The notes beneath the pieces were generated by a model. That model was given only the letters and a program-made list of their open reading frames with translations. It was not told where the DNA came from and did no database searches. Below, one piece after another: positions 59,903 to 64,000 of a stretch of DNA of 64,000 bases (positions within the stretch are counted from its first letter, which is position 1; each line of letters opens with the position of its first letter). The stretch is from Eledone cirrhosa (Eukaryota). The stretch spans positions 204,228,001-204,292,000 of the forward strand of contig OZ024742.1 of assembly GCA_964016885.1 (NCBI GenBank). The letters run 5' to 3'. Both the position numbers and the translations under genes were made by a program.

Positions 59903-60464
59903 ATATACAATATATTAACAAATGGAAACTATATTTATAAAACCATATTTATTTCATTATACATATTTCAAGAGCCACCTGAGCAAACTATGGTGCGCTT
60001 TCATCAGATAAAATATAATTGTTTCTATTTTAGGCACAAGGCCAGCAATTACAGTACATTACTGGTACTTTATTTTATCGACCCCGTAAGGATGAAAGGC
60101 AAAGTTAACCTCGGCGGGATTTGAACTCAGATCATAAAGGGACGTAACTCTATGCTTCAAAGCATGGTGTCCGACTCTCTACCGATATAAAATATAATAT
60201 AGGTTAGTTTTATAAATAAATATTGACATACCCTTAAAAAATGCAACCATTCTGGTTGGAATCTCCTGGATAGTCATCCAACAGATTCCAACCAGAATGG
60301 TTGCATTTTTTAAGGGTATGTCAATATTTATTTATAAAACTAACCTATATTATATTTTATCTGATGAAAGCGCACCATAGTTTGCTCAGGTGGTTCTTGA
60401 AATATGTATAATGAAATAAATATGGTTTCATAAATATAGTTTCCATTTTTAATATATTGTATAT
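59903..60464. repeat. Fold-back with left arm interrupted by a SINE
   Basis: Spacer 60265-60282; arms reverse-complementary except for the SINE. Confidence 0.9.
60020..60186 (-). mobile_element. Family A SINE with 12-bp TSD
   Basis: ATAAAATATAAT at 60008-60019 and 60187-60198. Confidence 0.92.
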
Positions 60465-60874
60465 ATATATATATACATATACATATATGCTTTTCAGTCA
60501 CGAATGTCCATAGGGTTTTTATCTAGAAATTCCCCTCTGAGCCACAAGCCTGAGCACGTAATGTAATCTCAAGTATTAATAAATGTATAATTGAACATCA
60601 ACAAATGTGCCTTGTTTTTCTAATAACCATTCTATATATATATATATACCTGCCGCACTTACTGACTGCTAGTGACGGAGCTTCAGACACATTTTCACCT
60701 TCCATTAATCCTTTTCTGACCTCTCTCACGGTAAAAACAATGTTAGCCCTGTCTGACGTCCTTTTCCAATATATCTGCCACTTAACACACGAATATTTTT
60801 CTTTCTTATCCTTTTCATTGTTCCCCTTTTCCACCTCCTTTAAAAATGTCCTTTTCTCTTTCCATGTTTTTTTT

Positions 60875-60911
60875 TCTTTTGGATGAAGGACCAACATCCG
60901 AAATGTTAGAC
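60875..60911 (+). ncRNA. Degenerate minimal hammerhead
   Basis: TGGATGA-AGGA-CCAACA-TCC-GAAA-TG-TT-AGAC; related to 28702. Confidence 0.45.
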
Positions 60912-62029
60912 ATTTTTATTCTTTCACTAATACACTATTATTGTAATGTGTTGTTTTTTGTTGTTGTACTTTAGTGAGTGAGAAACAGACAGACAGAAAG
61001 ACGGACGGACGGACAGACAGATATATATGCATGCAGACAGACATGTAGGCAAACTGACGAACGGACAGACATACAGACATATAGATAAATGAGAGCAAAG
61101 GTGTTTAGAGTGAAAGCGTTTTAAAAGTGACTGGCTATACACGCTGCAGTCAAACTTTGACTGGATAAATCTGACCACCATCTACAGCGAATGGATAATA
61201 TCTAGATAAACATATTTAGCTGCTATCTACTGAAGAGACACGTTTATTAGATAAAGATTAGCTTCGACTGACTTCGATTAAATCAAAACAGCTTTTGCAG
61301 ACGACCTTCACAGAATAAGATATTTGTATGGAACTAATAGTACTTAATACATAAGCGGTGGATTGGCAGTGTCGTTAGAACGTCTGGTTAAATATTTCAC
61401 GGTATTTGTTCCAGTTCTCAGTCTTTTAAGTTAAAAAATGTGTCTTTCATCATTCAAGAGGTCGATACATTAAGTAACAATACTAGGATCAATTCTCTCG
61501 CTCTCTCTCTCTCACTCTCTCTCTCTCACACACACACACACACATACAAGCACTCTCTCACGCACACACACATACACAGGCACTCTCTGTCGCACACACG
61601 CACTCTCTCGCACATTAGCCATCTCTCTCTCTCTCTATCTCGTGCATACATACACTCTCTCTCTTTCTCTCTCTCTCTTTCTCTCTCTCATACACTCTCA
61701 TACAGACACACTCTCTCTTTCTCTCTCTCGTACACACACTCTCATACACAGTCTCTCTCACACAATATCCCTCGCTCTCTCTCTGGCACATTCTCTCTCT
61801 CACACACACACACACACTCACACACTTTGAAACTAATCAGCTATGTCCAAACCTGGAGAGAGGTGAGCGACACTATTAAGGAGTTAAGATATCAATGAAT
61901 GAATAGTAAACAATAGTTGGTAGAGCGCCGGATTAAATATTTTGCGCCATTTGCCCCAGTTCTCTGCGCTCTTAGTTTAATATTTGCCAAGGTTAATATT
62001 GACTTTCATTCCTTAGGGTAGGGTTGGTG

Positions 62030-63068
62030 GGTTGTCTGTGGTTATTATAGAGTGCCAGCCTAGGGGGGGGTCTGTGGTTATTATAGAGTGCCAGCCTAGG
62101 GGGGGGGGTTGTCGGTGGTTATTATAGAGTGCCAGCCTAGGGGGGGGGTTGTCGGTGGTTATTATAGAGTGCCAGCCTAGGGGGGGTCTGTGGTTATTAT
62201 AGAGTGCCAGCCTAGGGGGGGGTGTCGGTGGTTATTATAGAGTGCCAGCCTAGGGAGGGGGTTGTCGGTGGTTATTATAGAGTGCCAGCCTAGGGGGGGG
62301 GGTTGTCTGTGGTTATTATAGAGTGCCAGCCTAGGGGGGGGGTTGTCGGTGGTTATTATAGAGTGCCAGCCTAGGGGGGAGTCTGTGGTTATTATAGAGT
62401 GCCAGCCTGGGGGGGGGTCTGTGGTTATTATAGAGTGCCAGCCTAGGGGGTGATTGTCGGTGGTTATTATAGAGTGCCAGCCTAGGGGGGGGTTGTCTAT
62501 GGTTATTATAGAGTGCCAGCCTGGGGGGAGGGATTGTCGGTGGTTATTATAGAATGCCTGCCTAGGGGGTGTTGTCGGTGGTTATTATAGACTACCTGCC
62601 TAGGGGGTGTTGTCGGTGGTTATTATAGAGTGCCTGCCTAGGGGGTGTTGTCGGTGGTTATTATAGAGTGCCAGCCTGGGGGGGGGTTGTCGGTGGTTAT
62701 TATAGAGTGCCTGCCTAGGGGGTGTTGTCGGTGGTTATTATAGAGTGCCAGCCTAGGGGGGGTTGTTGGTGGTTATTATAGAGTGCCACCTAGGGGGGTT
62801 TTGGATAGTTATTATAGCGTGCCTGTCTGAGGGGGGGGGTCGGCGGTTATTATAGAATGCCAGCCTAAGAGGTGGTAGGTTATCGATATATATAGTACCT
62901 GTCTAGGGATGGTGGGTTGTCAGTGGTTGATATATATATATATAGTACCTGTCTAGGGGGTTGTCAGTGGTTGATATATATAGTACTCGATAGGGGGAGG
63001 TGGGTTGTCTACCTGTCGGGGGTTGATATATATTGAGTACCTGTCGGGGGTTGATATATATTGAGTAC
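62030..63068. repeat. G-rich ~37-bp minisatellite grading into TAGTACCTGTC units
   Basis: Unit TTGTCGGTGGTTATTATAGAGTGCCAGCCTAGGGGGGGG. Confidence 0.93.
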
Positions 63069-63163
63069 CTGTCCAGGGATATCTGTTGGGCTCCCAAGTT
63101 CAAATTCTGCACTCTGTCCAATCCACACATGACCAGCGTGGACAGGTAGGCCTAATATCATAA
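63069..63163 (-). CDS. Candidate internal coding exon of an unidentified host gene
   Basis: ctctacag| acceptor, MILGLPVHAGHVWIGQSAEFELGSPTDIPGQ, CAG|gtact phase-0 donor; 5' boundary uncertain. Confidence 0.4.
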
Positions 63164-63536
63164 CTGTAGAGTTACTGAGACCTTATACTTCATTGAATAT
63201 ATATATATGTGTGAGGGAAGGGGGTTGATCGATAAATCGACAAGCAGGTAGTGGTTACGTCACTACCTGTTTCTAGCTTCGAAATCCCTGATCAATCTCA
63301 CCGCCTTCCTCAGAAGCAATGAACTATGATTTTAATATTATATACTAGACCACCCGTGACCCGTTGTGTCACGTTCACTTAAAAATATTTTTTTTAATCG
63401 TGTTCACTTAAAAATAATTCTTAAATAATTAAAATATAGACAGACATGTATATAATATAAAATGAAATTGAGGCCCATATATATATGTATATGTGTGTGT
63501 GTTTGTGTATTTATATATAAAAATAACAAAAATAAT

Positions 63537-63720
63537 AATTGTTTCTACTTTAGGCACAAGGCCAGCAATTTCCCAGTGCATTACTGGTACTTTATTTTAT
63601 CGACCCCGTAAGGATGAAAGTCAAAGTCAACCTCGGCGGGATTTGAACTCAGATCGTAAAGGGACGTAACTATGCTGCAAAGGATGGCGTCCGATCCTCT
63701 ACCGATACTGCCAATCCACA
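63537..63720 (-). mobile_element. Family A SINE
   Basis: Reverse complement of 355-540; ATAATAAT on both flanks. Confidence 0.9.
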
Positions 63721-64000
63721 TAATAATGCTGATGTTACATAGATCGTGTAGTCATTATAATTATTTCCACGGTTCTCATGCAGTCGAGAAGTCCTTCATG
63801 CATTTGTTGTTGTTATGAGAACGGTATCCTCAGATGAAATCCGATTTAGTGATATGCTACCGGCAGGAAAAGATACACGTCCTTCTGCCTGTGTGCCCAG
63901 AAGACATATGAGTTCCTGAAAGGGTCTCCCAGCCGTGGTGCTTGCTGGAGCAAGATGTTATCAACGTGTCAATTAGTGAAAACAGGATTCACGCATCCCC

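Noticed and set aside
63760-63970. Unique GC-richer stretch as an exon or transposase scrap
   Set aside because: No convincing splice-bounded frame or recognisable motif

Overview
This is AT-rich, repeat-saturated eukaryotic DNA. The SINE families and dense (TA)n/(CA)n/(CATA)n microsatellites suggest an octopus or other coleoid cephalopod, but that is an inference. Nearly all recognisable coding sequence is retroelement-derived: four Naiad-type and one Neptune-type Penelope-like elements (PLEs; RT + GIY-YIG), five R4/Dong-type RLE LINE pieces, one Tx1/L1-type LINE, an RTE tail and many tRNA-derived SINEs. Reading both strands by eye gives about 15 hammerhead-ribozyme (HHR) motifs; two of them are homologous and share a branched stem II with compensatory changes. 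About ten fold-back/inverted insertions sit in (TA)n. The best new signal is a Naiad 3' repeat with no canonical HHR but with a CCAAT-TATA-Inr promoter. Three separate short head-to-head insertions elsewhere turn at or within about 8 nt of its predicted +1 and join (TA)n at the same internal TTCCTA. Two possible minus-strand host exons (63069-63163 and 26346-26561) would put most of the window in a large intron. All RNA structures were assigned by eye and are untested.
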